IMG/VR virus record: IMGVR_UViG_3300008262_000099
Source of the DNA: an uncultured virus (IMG/VR IMGVR_UViG_3300008262_000099)
Lineage: Duplodnaviria; Heunggongvirae; Uroviricota; Caudoviricetes
Length of the DNA stretch: 20,000 nucleotides
Strand: one strand, 5' to 3'
Shown here piece after piece: positions 1 through 7,337 of the stretch. The notes beneath the pieces were generated by a model, which worked only from the letters and a program-made list of their open reading frames with translations, was not told the DNA's origin and ran no database searches. Numbering within the stretch: the stretch's first letter is position 1; the number at the start of each line of letters is the position of its first letter. A program made the translations under genes and the position numbers.

Positions 1-516
1 GAAGAGAATAAAGTTCCTACTGGGGCTATCGGTCAAAAAGAGTTTAAGCAAATTACTGCTAGACAGCAAAGAGAAGACGAGGCAGACGCCGCTGTCAAAG
101 CAGCTAGAGCAAAAGCTGATGAGTCAAGAGCTCCACTTCCTGGACAATACATGTTTAATTTCCAAGATCCTGCAAAACCTGGCGCTATGATTAGTCGTCA
201 GTTACTTGGGGGAACTATTCGTCCTCTAACAGATGCAGAAGCCTCTGTTGAACAGAGCGGTTGGAATACCGTTCGTGGTATGAACCCACGAGGTATTAAA
301 GATCGTCCTACTCAACAAACCCCACCTAGTTCTGGTACCGCACCTCAGGTTAATAAAGGTGAAAGACTGGTTCGTAGTGGAGATGTTGAAACTGGTCAAG
401 AAGGTATTGCAGTTGTAGGTAGTGATAAAAAAACTGGAGACACCGCTGTACGACGACTTAAGGGGCCTAAAGAATCTGTTCGTAACGAAAGAAATGCTGG
501 CAAGAAGAGAAGCTGA
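1..516 (+). CDS. Hypothetical phage protein, 5'-truncated
   Basis: Frame 1 is open from base 1 (EENKVPTGAIGQKEF...) through the listed ATG at 151 to TGA 514-516. The stop overlaps the next ATG (TGATG). Confidence 0.75.
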   Translation, partial: EENKVPTGAIGQKEFKQITARQQREDEADAAVKAARAKADESRAPLPGQYMFNFQDPAKPGAMISRQLLGGTIRPLTDAEASVEQSGWNTVRGMNPRGIKDRPTQQTPPSSGTAPQVNKGERLVRSGDVETGQEGIAVVGSDKKTGDTAVRRLKGPKESVRNERNAGKKRS

Positions 517-695
517 TGAGCAGAAAGTCAAGCTTTAAACAAAAAGCTTCGAAGCCCTCGGTTTTTAAGTCTTTACGGAATAATGCTAGGGAAGCCGCTG
601 AATACATCAGCGGTATTCCTTATACCCCAAAATACGACAAAGATATTGAGGTTCGTACTCCAGGCCGAGGCATGAATGGCGAATCGAGCAATTAA
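516..695 (+). CDS. Small basic hypothetical protein, 59 aa (MSRKSSFKQKASKPSVFKSLRNNAREAAEYISGIPYTPKYDKDIEVRTPGRGMNGESSN)
   Basis: Absent from the ORF track. It fills the gap exactly, with a TGATG overlap upstream and a TAATG overlap downstream. Confidence 0.7.
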   Translation: MSRKSSFKQKASKPSVFKSLRNNAREAAEYISGIPYTPKYDKDIEVRTPGRGMNGESSN

Positions 696-997
696 TGCCA
701 CGTGGAAAAAGAAAACCTACTTATTACGGTACTAGAGCTTTACGGCAGGTAATCGTAGATAGAACTTCTAAAGAAGCTAGACCTTGGAACCATAAAGGTG
801 TAGTAGACGCCTCTATTACTCATGGGGTTTCTTTTGGAAGTTACAAAGAAGTAGCTAGATTTGAAAATATGCTTGAAGGTCGTGGAGATCTGGAAGCAAA
901 AGACAGACATACCTGCGGATCATGCGATAAACTCGTTGGGTTCGCAAAAAACCCGTCAGACAAATTCTTATGCACTTGTGGAGAAAACAATGGCTAA
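695..997 (+). CDS. Hypothetical protein with C-terminal Cys cluster (possible Zn ribbon)
   Basis: TAATG-coupled start; CGSC...CTC at the C-terminus; basic N-terminus. Confidence 0.7.
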   Translation: MPRGKRKPTYYGTRALRQVIVDRTSKEARPWNHKGVVDASITHGVSFGSYKEVARFENMLEGRGDLEAKDRHTCGSCDKLVGFAKNPSDKFLCTCGENNG

Positions 998-1250
998 AAC
1001 AGCAGCTTGGCAACGTAAAGAAGGTCAGAACCCAGAAGGAGGCCTAAATGCTAAAGGTCGTGCTTCTGCTAAAGCACAAGGACATAATTTAAAACCACCG
1101 GTATCAGCTAAGCAAGCAAAAAAGTCTAAAAAAGCAGCGGCACGCCGCAAATCTTTCTGTGCTCGTATGGGTGGTATGCCTGGTCCTATGAAAGATGCTA
1201 AAGGACGACCAACTCGTAAGGCATTGGCCTTACGTAAATGGGATTGCTAA
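990..1250 (+). CDS. Small Lys/Arg-rich phage protein (DUF6321-like)
   Basis: GGAG RBS precedes ATG 990. AWQRKEGQNPEGGLNAKGRAS...RRKSFCARMGGM...LALRKWDC is a recognisable conserved phage family. The ORF-track start at 861 is too long. Confidence 0.8.
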   Translation: MAKTAAWQRKEGQNPEGGLNAKGRASAKAQGHNLKPPVSAKQAKKSKKAAARRKSFCARMGGMPGPMKDAKGRPTRKALALRKWDC

Positions 1251-1402
1251 TGTGCGAGCACGTCTATAAAGATATGGGTGCAGATATTTGCCCAAAGTGC
1301 GGAAAAGACACTCATCGCACAAACTGGGAATACCAGCATCAACTTCACAGAGATTGGATTGCAAGCGGTAAAGCGGAATTACAAGGATGGTGGTCAATAT
1401 GA
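1250..1402 (+). CDS. Small hypothetical protein, 50 aa, putative Zn-binding (MCEHVYKDMGADICPKCGKDTHRTNWEYQHQLHRDWIASGKAELQGWWSI)
   Basis: TAATG overlap upstream, ATGA overlap downstream; CxH...CPKC motif. Confidence 0.7.
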   Translation: MCEHVYKDMGADICPKCGKDTHRTNWEYQHQLHRDWIASGKAELQGWWSI

Positions 1403-1539
1403 GTTCTGGCAAGTACAAAACTAAGCATCCATTTAATAAAACTCAAATTAAAGATGGCTGGGTTGTGCGCTTACGTAAAAACGGCACTATAGCCGCTAAG
1501 CTTGAAAAATACCCTAGAGAGAAAAAACATGGCCACTAA
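1399..1539 (+). CDS. Small basic hypothetical protein, 46 aa (MSSGKYKTKHPFNKTQIKDGWVVRLRKNGTIAAKLEKYPREKKHGH)
   Basis: ATGA-coupled start; fills the gap and overlaps the next gene's start. Confidence 0.65.
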   Translation: MSSGKYKTKHPFNKTQIKDGWVVRLRKNGTIAAKLEKYPREKKHGH

Positions 1540-1828
1540 GAAAAAAGTCGTAGCTAAGGGTAAAGAGTACGAAGGCTCTAAACAAAACGGTGGTCGCAAG
1601 ATTATCGTAGAGCACTACAAAGATTCAAAAGGTCATTGGCGTACTACTTCCCACAATGCTGCTCGCTACAAGTACCAAAAGAAACACGGCAAACTTTCTA
1701 GAGATACTGACGTAGATCACAAGAATAATAACCACGATGATGATCGTGATGGAAATTTAAGGCCGTTAAGACACGGCAAGAATACTGCTAAAGAGAATAA
1801 ACGTAGAGCAAGAAAAAAGGCCCGGTAA
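1529..1828 (+). CDS. HNH endonuclease-like protein (HNH_3-type motif)
   Basis: ARYKYQKKHGKL...DVDHKNNNHDDDRDGNLRPLRHGKN resembles the VDH-x-N...NL...N core. ATG 1529 follows GAGAG. Confidence 0.65.
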   Translation: MATKKKVVAKGKEYEGSKQNGGRKIIVEHYKDSKGHWRTTSHNAARYKYQKKHGKLSRDTDVDHKNNNHDDDRDGNLRPLRHGKNTAKENKRRARKKAR

Positions 1829-1843
1829 CCCGGGCCCTTTTCT
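1811..1843. terminator. Bidirectional intrinsic terminator between convergent genes
   Basis: GGCCCGG-taac-CCGGGCC stem with an A-tract on the left and CTTTTCT on the right, at the junction of the convergent genes. Confidence 0.75.
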
Positions 1844-2375
1844 ATTGTTGCGGGAATTTATCCAGCCATTGTTCAATTTTAGGTTCTGAAGAACTGCCAT
1901 CATAGGCGTTGGGACCATATCCCCAAGAACCCCAGTTAGTGCCTTTAGCCGTCATATAGAAGGCTGCTTTAGCGTTTTCTACTGGATCGAATAGCTCAGT
2001 ATTCTTTTTTATGCCGAATTTTTTTCTGCGGTCTTCTCCCAAAGAACCAAGCATATTAATCTGGAATATCCCATAAGAATCGTCTCCCGTAGAGATATTG
2101 TCATTGTGCGCCTTTGGTCGTCCATTAGACTCTTTTTTAGCTACGGCCCAAGCTATCTTAAGAGCTTTTCCCTCAAACCCAACTAAAGACAATACCTCAA
2201 CAAGCTCTTTGTCTGAGAGCTCTTTAGCGTTTCTGTATTTATCTAGTGGATCTACAGTAGTAGCTACTGTCACTGTAGCCCCATCTGTTTGGTTTGCTAA
2301 TGCTGCAGGTATACCTGCTAGCAGCAATGCTGCTATCCAAGGTGCTATATAGCGGTGTTTTTCATGTTTCTGCAC
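1842..2375 (-). CDS. Secreted lysozyme-like lytic transglycosylase (SLT-like)
   Basis: Signal-peptide-like N-terminus (basic, hydrophobic, ALA). Catalytic ES motif (AKKESNG), SYGIFQIN and DPVENAKAA motifs. AGGAG RBS upstream of GTG. Confidence 0.85.
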   Translation of the reverse strand: MQKHEKHRYIAPWIAALLLAGIPAALANQTDGATVTVATTVDPLDKYRNAKELSDKELVEVLSLVGFEGKALKIAWAVAKKESNGRPKAHNDNISTGDDSYGIFQINMLGSLGEDRRKKFGIKKNTELFDPVENAKAAFYMTAKGTNWGSWGYGPNAYDGSSSEPKIEQWLDKFPQQ

Positions 2376-2519
2376 TCGTTCTCCTAGGCTAGAGAGCCAG
2401 TCCTAACTTCGTATACCTGTCACCTATACTAAGCAACTTGGCCTCTTTCTGCCAAGTTCGGTCTGCAACCCTTTTGTTACGGAGGTGCTGATGGCCAGAT
2501 TTCTCTGGCCATAGGGACT
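2376..2519 (-). ncRNA. Candidate structured cis-regulatory 5' leader RNA (family not recognised)
   Basis: Five consecutive hairpins at 2491-2512, 2465-2488, 2435-2458, 2406-2434 and 2384-2400. The first has a GAAA tetraloop; the last abuts the SD. Confidence 0.6.
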
Positions 2520-2550
2520 ACCATACCAGTAAATACACACGTACTGTCAA
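2520..2550 (-). promoter_or_regulatory. Housekeeping-sigma-type promoter for the transglycosylase gene
   Basis: Minus strand TTGACA (2550-2545), 19-nt spacer, extended -10 TG-G-TATGGT (2525-2520). Predicted +1 is about 2512. Confidence 0.6.
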
Positions 2551-2555
2551 CTGCA

Positions 2556-2606
2556 ACCCGATATAATATTATTTATCGAATCGTTATAGAAAATGGACTA
2601 TGATTA
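2556..2606 (+). promoter_or_regulatory. Possible divergent promoter for the packaging operon
   Basis: TATAAT at 2562-2567 in an AT-rich intergenic stretch; no clear -35. Confidence 0.3.
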
Positions 2607-2882
2607 ATGAGAATTGAACGTATTGCTACAAAACAGGGACATCCGGTTCCTGAAGCAGCTTCTTATGCTAAAGGACCTTTTCCTCAGGAACTATTTCAAA
2701 GACCTGAAGTTGTAGTAGATTATGAGCCCTATGATGGTGGAAGCGAAACAGCTGTAGGCGGAACCGTTCAAAATAATTTTACTCCGTTAAAATATTTTAA
2801 ATGCAGAGATTGTCAGGAAGTAATGACCGAACGGGAGACTCATGAGCACATCTGCCAGGTTGATAATGGCGAAACCGCGTAG
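2607..2882 (+). CDS. Hypothetical protein with C-terminal Zn-finger-like motif
   Basis: FKCRDC...HEHIC (CxxC...HxC) motif. Confidence 0.7.
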   Translation: MRIERIATKQGHPVPEAASYAKGPFPQELFQRPEVVVDYEPYDGGSETAVGGTVQNNFTPLKYFKCRDCQEVMTERETHEHICQVDNGETA

Positions 2883-3174
2883 TATCAAATCTGTATACTG
2901 GCACCCGCTTATCTATCCTATAAAGCCGCCAGTATTGTGGGAACCTGCAGAAACACAGGAGATTGAAGAGCCGTATCGCTTTGGAAAGGGATATGCGGTA
3001 AGATTACCGCTTACTAGAGTTGCTTTAGTGGTTGGAAAGTGGCGATCACGTTTTAGTGAAAGTCAAGCACTAACTAATGCCATACGTGGCAGAATGATGA
3101 TGGAAGACGAGGTGGATTGGGATTATGTTCGGTTTGGGGGGCAAAAAGATCAAACAGGAACGTCAGAAGACTAG
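2866..3174 (+). CDS. Hypothetical phage protein
   Basis: ORF 2842-3174; ATG 2866 (after AGGT) is the more likely start. Confidence 0.7.
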   Translation: MAKPRSIKSVYWHPLIYPIKPPVLWEPAETQEIEEPYRFGKGYAVRLPLTRVALVVGKWRSRFSESQALTNAIRGRMMMEDEVDWDYVRFGGQKDQTGTSED

Positions 3175-3373
3175 AGTAGAGAAAAGAGTCGACTCTTTAC
3201 CTACATCTGAACTTCTACAATGGGCAGAACAAGCTCTATACCCAATTGGAAGAAACTTATCATCTTGGCAAAAATCTAATGAAGAAGTTTATTTAGAAGA
3301 AGCCAGAATGAACGCTGAAGTGGTGTACACAATAGTAGAAACAATAGCAAAGAGACAAAATGCAAAATTTTGA
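3125..3373 (+). CDS. Hypothetical helical protein immediately upstream of terminase
   Basis: GAGGTGG RBS before ATG 3125; overlaps the terminase start. Confidence 0.7.
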   Translation: MFGLGGKKIKQERQKTRVEKRVDSLPTSELLQWAEQALYPIGRNLSSWQKSNEEVYLEEARMNAEVVYTIVETIAKRQNAKF

Positions 3374-4946
3374 AGATGATGAGCGTTTTGAGGAGCTTGA
3401 AGAAGAGTTTGAAGACGAAGAAGATGGCGGCGATCTTCCTGAAGAAGAGGAAGAACTAGATGAGTTGTCTAGGGAGTTTGTAAACGCCCTAATAGAAAAA
3501 ATAATCCAATTTATGGAAATGTTGGTGGGACATACTTTACACCCATACCAAATGCCACTAGCTCGCAGGGTAATCGAATCTGTAATCATAAACGATGGTG
3601 AAGAAGTTACTGCCTTAGCAGCTCGTCAGTCAGGTAAATCAGAAACAATTGCAAATACGGTTGCAACCTTGATGGTTATTCTTCCTAGACTTGCAAAGAT
3701 GTACCCAGATCTACTTGGTAAGTTTGGTGATGGAATCTGGGTAGGTATGTTTGCTCCCATTCAATCCCAGGTTGAAACCCTTTATGGCCGCACTGTTTCT
3801 AGATTGACTAGTCCACGTGCACTAGAAGTTTTGGGGGACCCAGAAATTGATGACATACCTACAAAGACTCCAGGTATTGTTAAAAACATAAAGTTAAAGA
3901 ATTCTGGCTCCACCCTAATGATGATGACAGCAAACCCTCGTGCAAAGATTGAATCTAAATCTTTTCATCTAATTATTATTGATGAGTGCCAAGACGCAGA
4001 TGACTTTGTAGTATCTAAGTCTATTGCACCTATGGGTGCATACTACAACGCTACTTTAGTTAAGACTGGAACACCAACAACTAGTAAAAATAACTTTTAT
4101 AAAGCTATTCAGCTAAACAAACGTCGTCAAACTAGCCGATCTGCTAAGCAAAACCATTTTCAATGGGATTGGAAAGACGTAGCAAAGTTCAACGCCAACT
4201 ATGAAAAGTTCATTAAGAAAGAGATACTAAGAATCGGGGAGGACTCAGATGAGTTCCAGCTATCGTACAATTGCAAATGGCTTTTGGAAAGGGGCATGTT
4301 TGTTACCTCGTCTATTATGGACAACCTTGGTGACACGTCCCAAGAATTGGTTAAAAGCTGGCATCGTTCACCGGTGGTGGTCGGAATCGACCCCGCAAGA
4401 AAGATGGACTCTACAGTTGTTACTGTTGTCTGGGTCGATTGGGATAGGCCTGATGAATTTGGTTATTATGATCATCGTGTTCTTAATTGGTTAGAGCTAC
4501 AGGGTGACGACTGGGAAGAACAGTATTTTCAGATAGTAAACTTTTTAGAAAATTACGATGTATTGGCTATTGGCGTAGATGCCAACGGTGTTGGAGATGC
4601 AGTTGCACAGCGTATGAAGATCTTGATGCCTAGGGCTGAGGTTATATCTATTTCTTCTAGCGCTACCGAGCAGTCTAGGCGCTGGAAGCACCTACAGGCT
4701 TTAATTCAACGTCAAATGGTTTCTTGGCCGTCCCATGCAAAAACACGACGGTTGAGAATATGGAAGAAGTTTTACCAGCAAATGTCGGACGCTGAGGTGA
4801 AATATAAGGGGGCTAATTTCACGGTGGCAGCTCCTGATGAGGCCCATGCCCACGATGATTTTGTGGATTCTTTAGCCCTTGCCTGCTCTTTAACACAGGA
4901 TATGGTTATGCCTACGGTAGAGGTTAGCTCTTCGCCGTTTTTTTAA
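3360..4946 (+). CDS. terL: Terminase large subunit
   Basis: LHPYQ Q-motif, Walker A ARQSGKS, Walker B LIIIDE, coupling motif TGT, RNase H-like nuclease motifs GIDPA and HDDFVDS. Confidence 0.95.
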   Translation: MQNFEDDERFEELEEEFEDEEDGGDLPEEEEELDELSREFVNALIEKIIQFMEMLVGHTLHPYQMPLARRVIESVIINDGEEVTALAARQSGKSETIANTVATLMVILPRLAKMYPDLLGKFGDGIWVGMFAPIQSQVETLYGRTVSRLTSPRALEVLGDPEIDDIPTKTPGIVKNIKLKNSGSTLMMMTANPRAKIESKSFHLIIIDECQDADDFVVSKSIAPMGAYYNATLVKTGTPTTSKNNFYKAIQLNKRRQTSRSAKQNHFQWDWKDVAKFNANYEKFIKKEILRIGEDSDEFQLSYNCKWLLERGMFVTSSIMDNLGDTSQELVKSWHRSPVVVGIDPARKMDSTVVTVVWVDWDRPDEFGYYDHRVLNWLELQGDDWEEQYFQIVNFLENYDVLAIGVDANGVGDAVAQRMKILMPRAEVISISSSATEQSRRWKHLQALIQRQMVSWPSHAKTRRLRIWKKFYQQMSDAEVKYKGANFTVAAPDEAHAHDDFVDSLALACSLTQDMVMPTVEVSSSPFF

Positions 4947-4964
4947 AGGTTTAGATACCTAAAT

Positions 4965-4990
4965 GACCTAAATAGGTCGATACTTTTACC
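4965..4990 (+). promoter_or_regulatory. Putative phage promoter (CTAAATA-N3-C-GATACT)
   Basis: Matches the upstream element at 19829-19845 (CTAAATAACCCTATACT) and overlaps the inverted repeat GACCTA-aa-TAGGTC. Confidence 0.4.
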
Positions 4991-5028
4991 TGAGGAACCT
5001 CAACTCAAAACCCTATAGGAGAAATAAT

Positions 5029-5436
5029 ATGGCAGTGAATAACATCGCACCAGCCCCTCAGTTCCCTGAGAAGGTTGGCGCAAATTATGAGCGCAAAATG
5101 TCTCCTGCAACTCCAGGAATGCGTGGTCCGCTACGCTTTGAAGAAGGTGTTGCAACAGACACGGATATCCCAAATGACTTTCAAGTAGGATTGGATCAAG
5201 GCTACGACGTACCAGCCGGACGTCCTAACCACAACATGAACGTTATGGAAAAATATCCTGAGGAGACAATGAAGCAACGTGCTCACGTCGGCTCAGCCGC
5301 ATGGGTAGAAGCTCCAGTATATGTCGCTGAATTTTCACAAGGCGGCTATGGAGATCATTCTCAGGTCGAAATTGAAGAAGCTATTCGTTCAGGTGCTCGC
5401 TATCAGCGTGTAAACCCTGCACAGGTAGCTGACTAA
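5029..5436 (+). CDS. Hypothetical protein between terminase and portal
   Basis: Strong TAGGAGA RBS; 135-aa ORF; followed by a hairpin. Confidence 0.85.
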   Translation: MAVNNIAPAPQFPEKVGANYERKMSPATPGMRGPLRFEEGVATDTDIPNDFQVGLDQGYDVPAGRPNHNMNVMEKYPEETMKQRAHVGSAAWVEAPVYVAEFSQGGYGDHSQVEIEEAIRSGARYQRVNPAQVAD

Positions 5437-5449
5437 TACAGTAGACTAC

Positions 5450-5491
5450 GGGTACCCCAGCCTCGTATTCCCTTCTCCGGGGCTGGGGCCC
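5450..5491 (+). terminator. GC-rich hairpin (terminator or mRNA-processing structure)
   Basis: CCCCAGCCTCG / CGGGGCTGGGG stem with a 12-nt pyrimidine-rich loop; weak U-tract. Confidence 0.55.
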
Positions 5492-5521
5492 TACTAATAT
5501 TTAATAAATAAGGATGAGGTA

Positions 5522-7228
5522 ATGGCTGGCGGAATAGATTTTTCACCCCCGAGTTATAGAGCAGCATCCTCTGACTTAACAATCTCTATTTCTCCACTTG
5601 GATTAGTGGAGTTAGCAGACGAAGAATTTGAAGTTCACGGCCCACGTCTAAATCGCTACTCTCTTAATTGGGCAATGTATTTAGGTCATCACTGGTCATA
5701 TCGTCGTGAGATTGGCGAAGCTCAGATGGTGTATAACTATTACCGAGCATTTACAGATTACATTATTAATTTTACTTTTGGCAGAGGCGTGCAATTTAGA
5801 AGCCCAGCATCTACTGAGGCAATTATCCCCGACGTATTAAAACGTGTATGGGAAGTAGATAATGACAAGGCTTCTATCCTTTGGGAAATGGGACAACAAG
5901 GCGGAGTTTCTGGGGATTGCTTTGTTAAGGTAGCATATGAAGAAGCATATGTAGATCCTGTTGGTCGTCCTAATCCAGGCAAGGTTCGTATCCTTCCTTT
6001 AAACTCATCATTTTGTTTTCCAGAATTTCACCCACACGACCGTTCCCGCCTTATTCGTTTTAAATTGAAGTATCGTTTTTGGGGAACTTCAGCAGAGGGA
6101 ACACGTCAGGTATATACCTACACAGAAATTCTTACAGACGATCGTATTGAAGAATATATCAACGATGAGATGATTGATTCTCGTCCTAATCCTATTGGCG
6201 TAGTGCCTATCGTACATATTCCAAACGTACGTATTTCTGGATCCCCTTGGGGATTGGCAGATTGCCACGATATTATCGTTTTAAATAGAAACTACAATGA
6301 AGTAGCTACAGATATTGCGGATATCATTAACTACCACGCTGCGCCAGTTACGGTTATTACTGGTGCTAAAGCCTCCGCCTTAGAAAAGGGCCCTAAGAAG
6401 GTTTGGGGCGGCCTTCCTAAGGATGCACAGGTATTTAATCTAGAAGGTGGCGGACAGGGCTTAGCGGGAGGATTACAGTATCTAGAGACCGTTAAAAGAG
6501 CTATGCATGAAATGGTCGGTGTCCCAGAAACAGCTCTTGGTCAAGTTCAGCCGATTTCTAATACTTCTGGTGTTGCGCTTGCAATTCAATACCAGCCATT
6601 GATGAATCGCTATCACCAGAAGCTAATTCAATACGGCGAGGGTCTGCAAAAAATCAATAGCCTAGTTCTTAAAACTTTAGCGTTTAAAGAACCTGAAGTA
6701 TTTGTGTACAACCCTGTAGTAAACGGACCTATCAAAAACTATCAACTTCCTGTATTAGATCTTAATAGCCCAGTAACTTTTGAATCAACCGTTCATTTCC
6801 CACAACCATTGCCTTTAGATAAGCTCATTGTTTTGAGTGAAATTGCACAAAAGATGCAGATGGGACTTGAAAGTCGAGAAGGTGCTTTGCGTCAACTTGG
6901 TGAGGAATTCCCAGACGAAAAGCTAGAAGAAATTAGATCCGAACTTATTTCGGATGCAAAGGCAGATGGAGCTATCCAATTGGTGAAGAACCAGATTGCA
7001 GCTTCAATTGCCTCATTAACCGGCATACTTCCAGGGGGGGAGGCTCCTCCAGGAGCTACTCCAGGAGACGGAGTTGGACCTGGTCCATTCGGTCAACCGG
7101 GGGTCATAAGCCCTATGGAAGGCGCTGTGTTAGAAGAGCTTGCTCAGGTTCAAGCTGAATTAGTAACCGAAGCTTATGGCACTAAGATGCCGCAGCGTCG
7201 TACACCTGATTCAGATAAGCCAGAGTAG
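5522..7228 (+). CDS. Portal protein (SPP1 gp6-like)
   Basis: Size and position between terminase and scaffold; NPIGVVPIVHIPN...PWG and NTSGVALAIQYQPL motifs typical of this portal family. Confidence 0.9.
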   Translation: MAGGIDFSPPSYRAASSDLTISISPLGLVELADEEFEVHGPRLNRYSLNWAMYLGHHWSYRREIGEAQMVYNYYRAFTDYIINFTFGRGVQFRSPASTEAIIPDVLKRVWEVDNDKASILWEMGQQGGVSGDCFVKVAYEEAYVDPVGRPNPGKVRILPLNSSFCFPEFHPHDRSRLIRFKLKYRFWGTSAEGTRQVYTYTEILTDDRIEEYINDEMIDSRPNPIGVVPIVHIPNVRISGSPWGLADCHDIIVLNRNYNEVATDIADIINYHAAPVTVITGAKASALEKGPKKVWGGLPKDAQVFNLEGGGQGLAGGLQYLETVKRAMHEMVGVPETALGQVQPISNTSGVALAIQYQPLMNRYHQKLIQYGEGLQKINSLVLKTLAFKEPEVFVYNPVVNGPIKNYQLPVLDLNSPVTFESTVHFPQPLPLDKLIVLSEIAQKMQMGLESREGALRQLGEEFPDEKLEEIRSELISDAKADGAIQLVKNQIAASIASLTGILPGGEAPPGATPGDGVGPGPFGQPGVISPMEGAVLEELAQVQAELVTEAYGTKMPQRRTPDSDKPE

Positions 7229-7337
7229 CTTTAGGCAGACAAACTATAAAAAATTTGCCAGCCTACTACCACCAATAAATCCGCAGGTCATCGTGGCACT
7301 AAATCGGACAACGACCTCCAAAACCTAAGGGACAATC

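Noticed and set aside
2462..2492. Plus-strand GCAACC...GGTGC resembles the SAM-I riboswitch P3
   Set aside because: There is no AUC/GAU P1 or kink-turn P2, and the promoter, GAAA tetraloop and downstream gene all point to the minus strand.
2488..2515. CTGATG followed by a stem, as in a hammerhead ribozyme core
   Set aside because: It reads CUGAUGG rather than CUGAUGA, and no GAAA follows the stem.
3360..4946. Intein or intron in the terminase
   Set aside because: The length and motif spacing are normal, with no splicing motifs.
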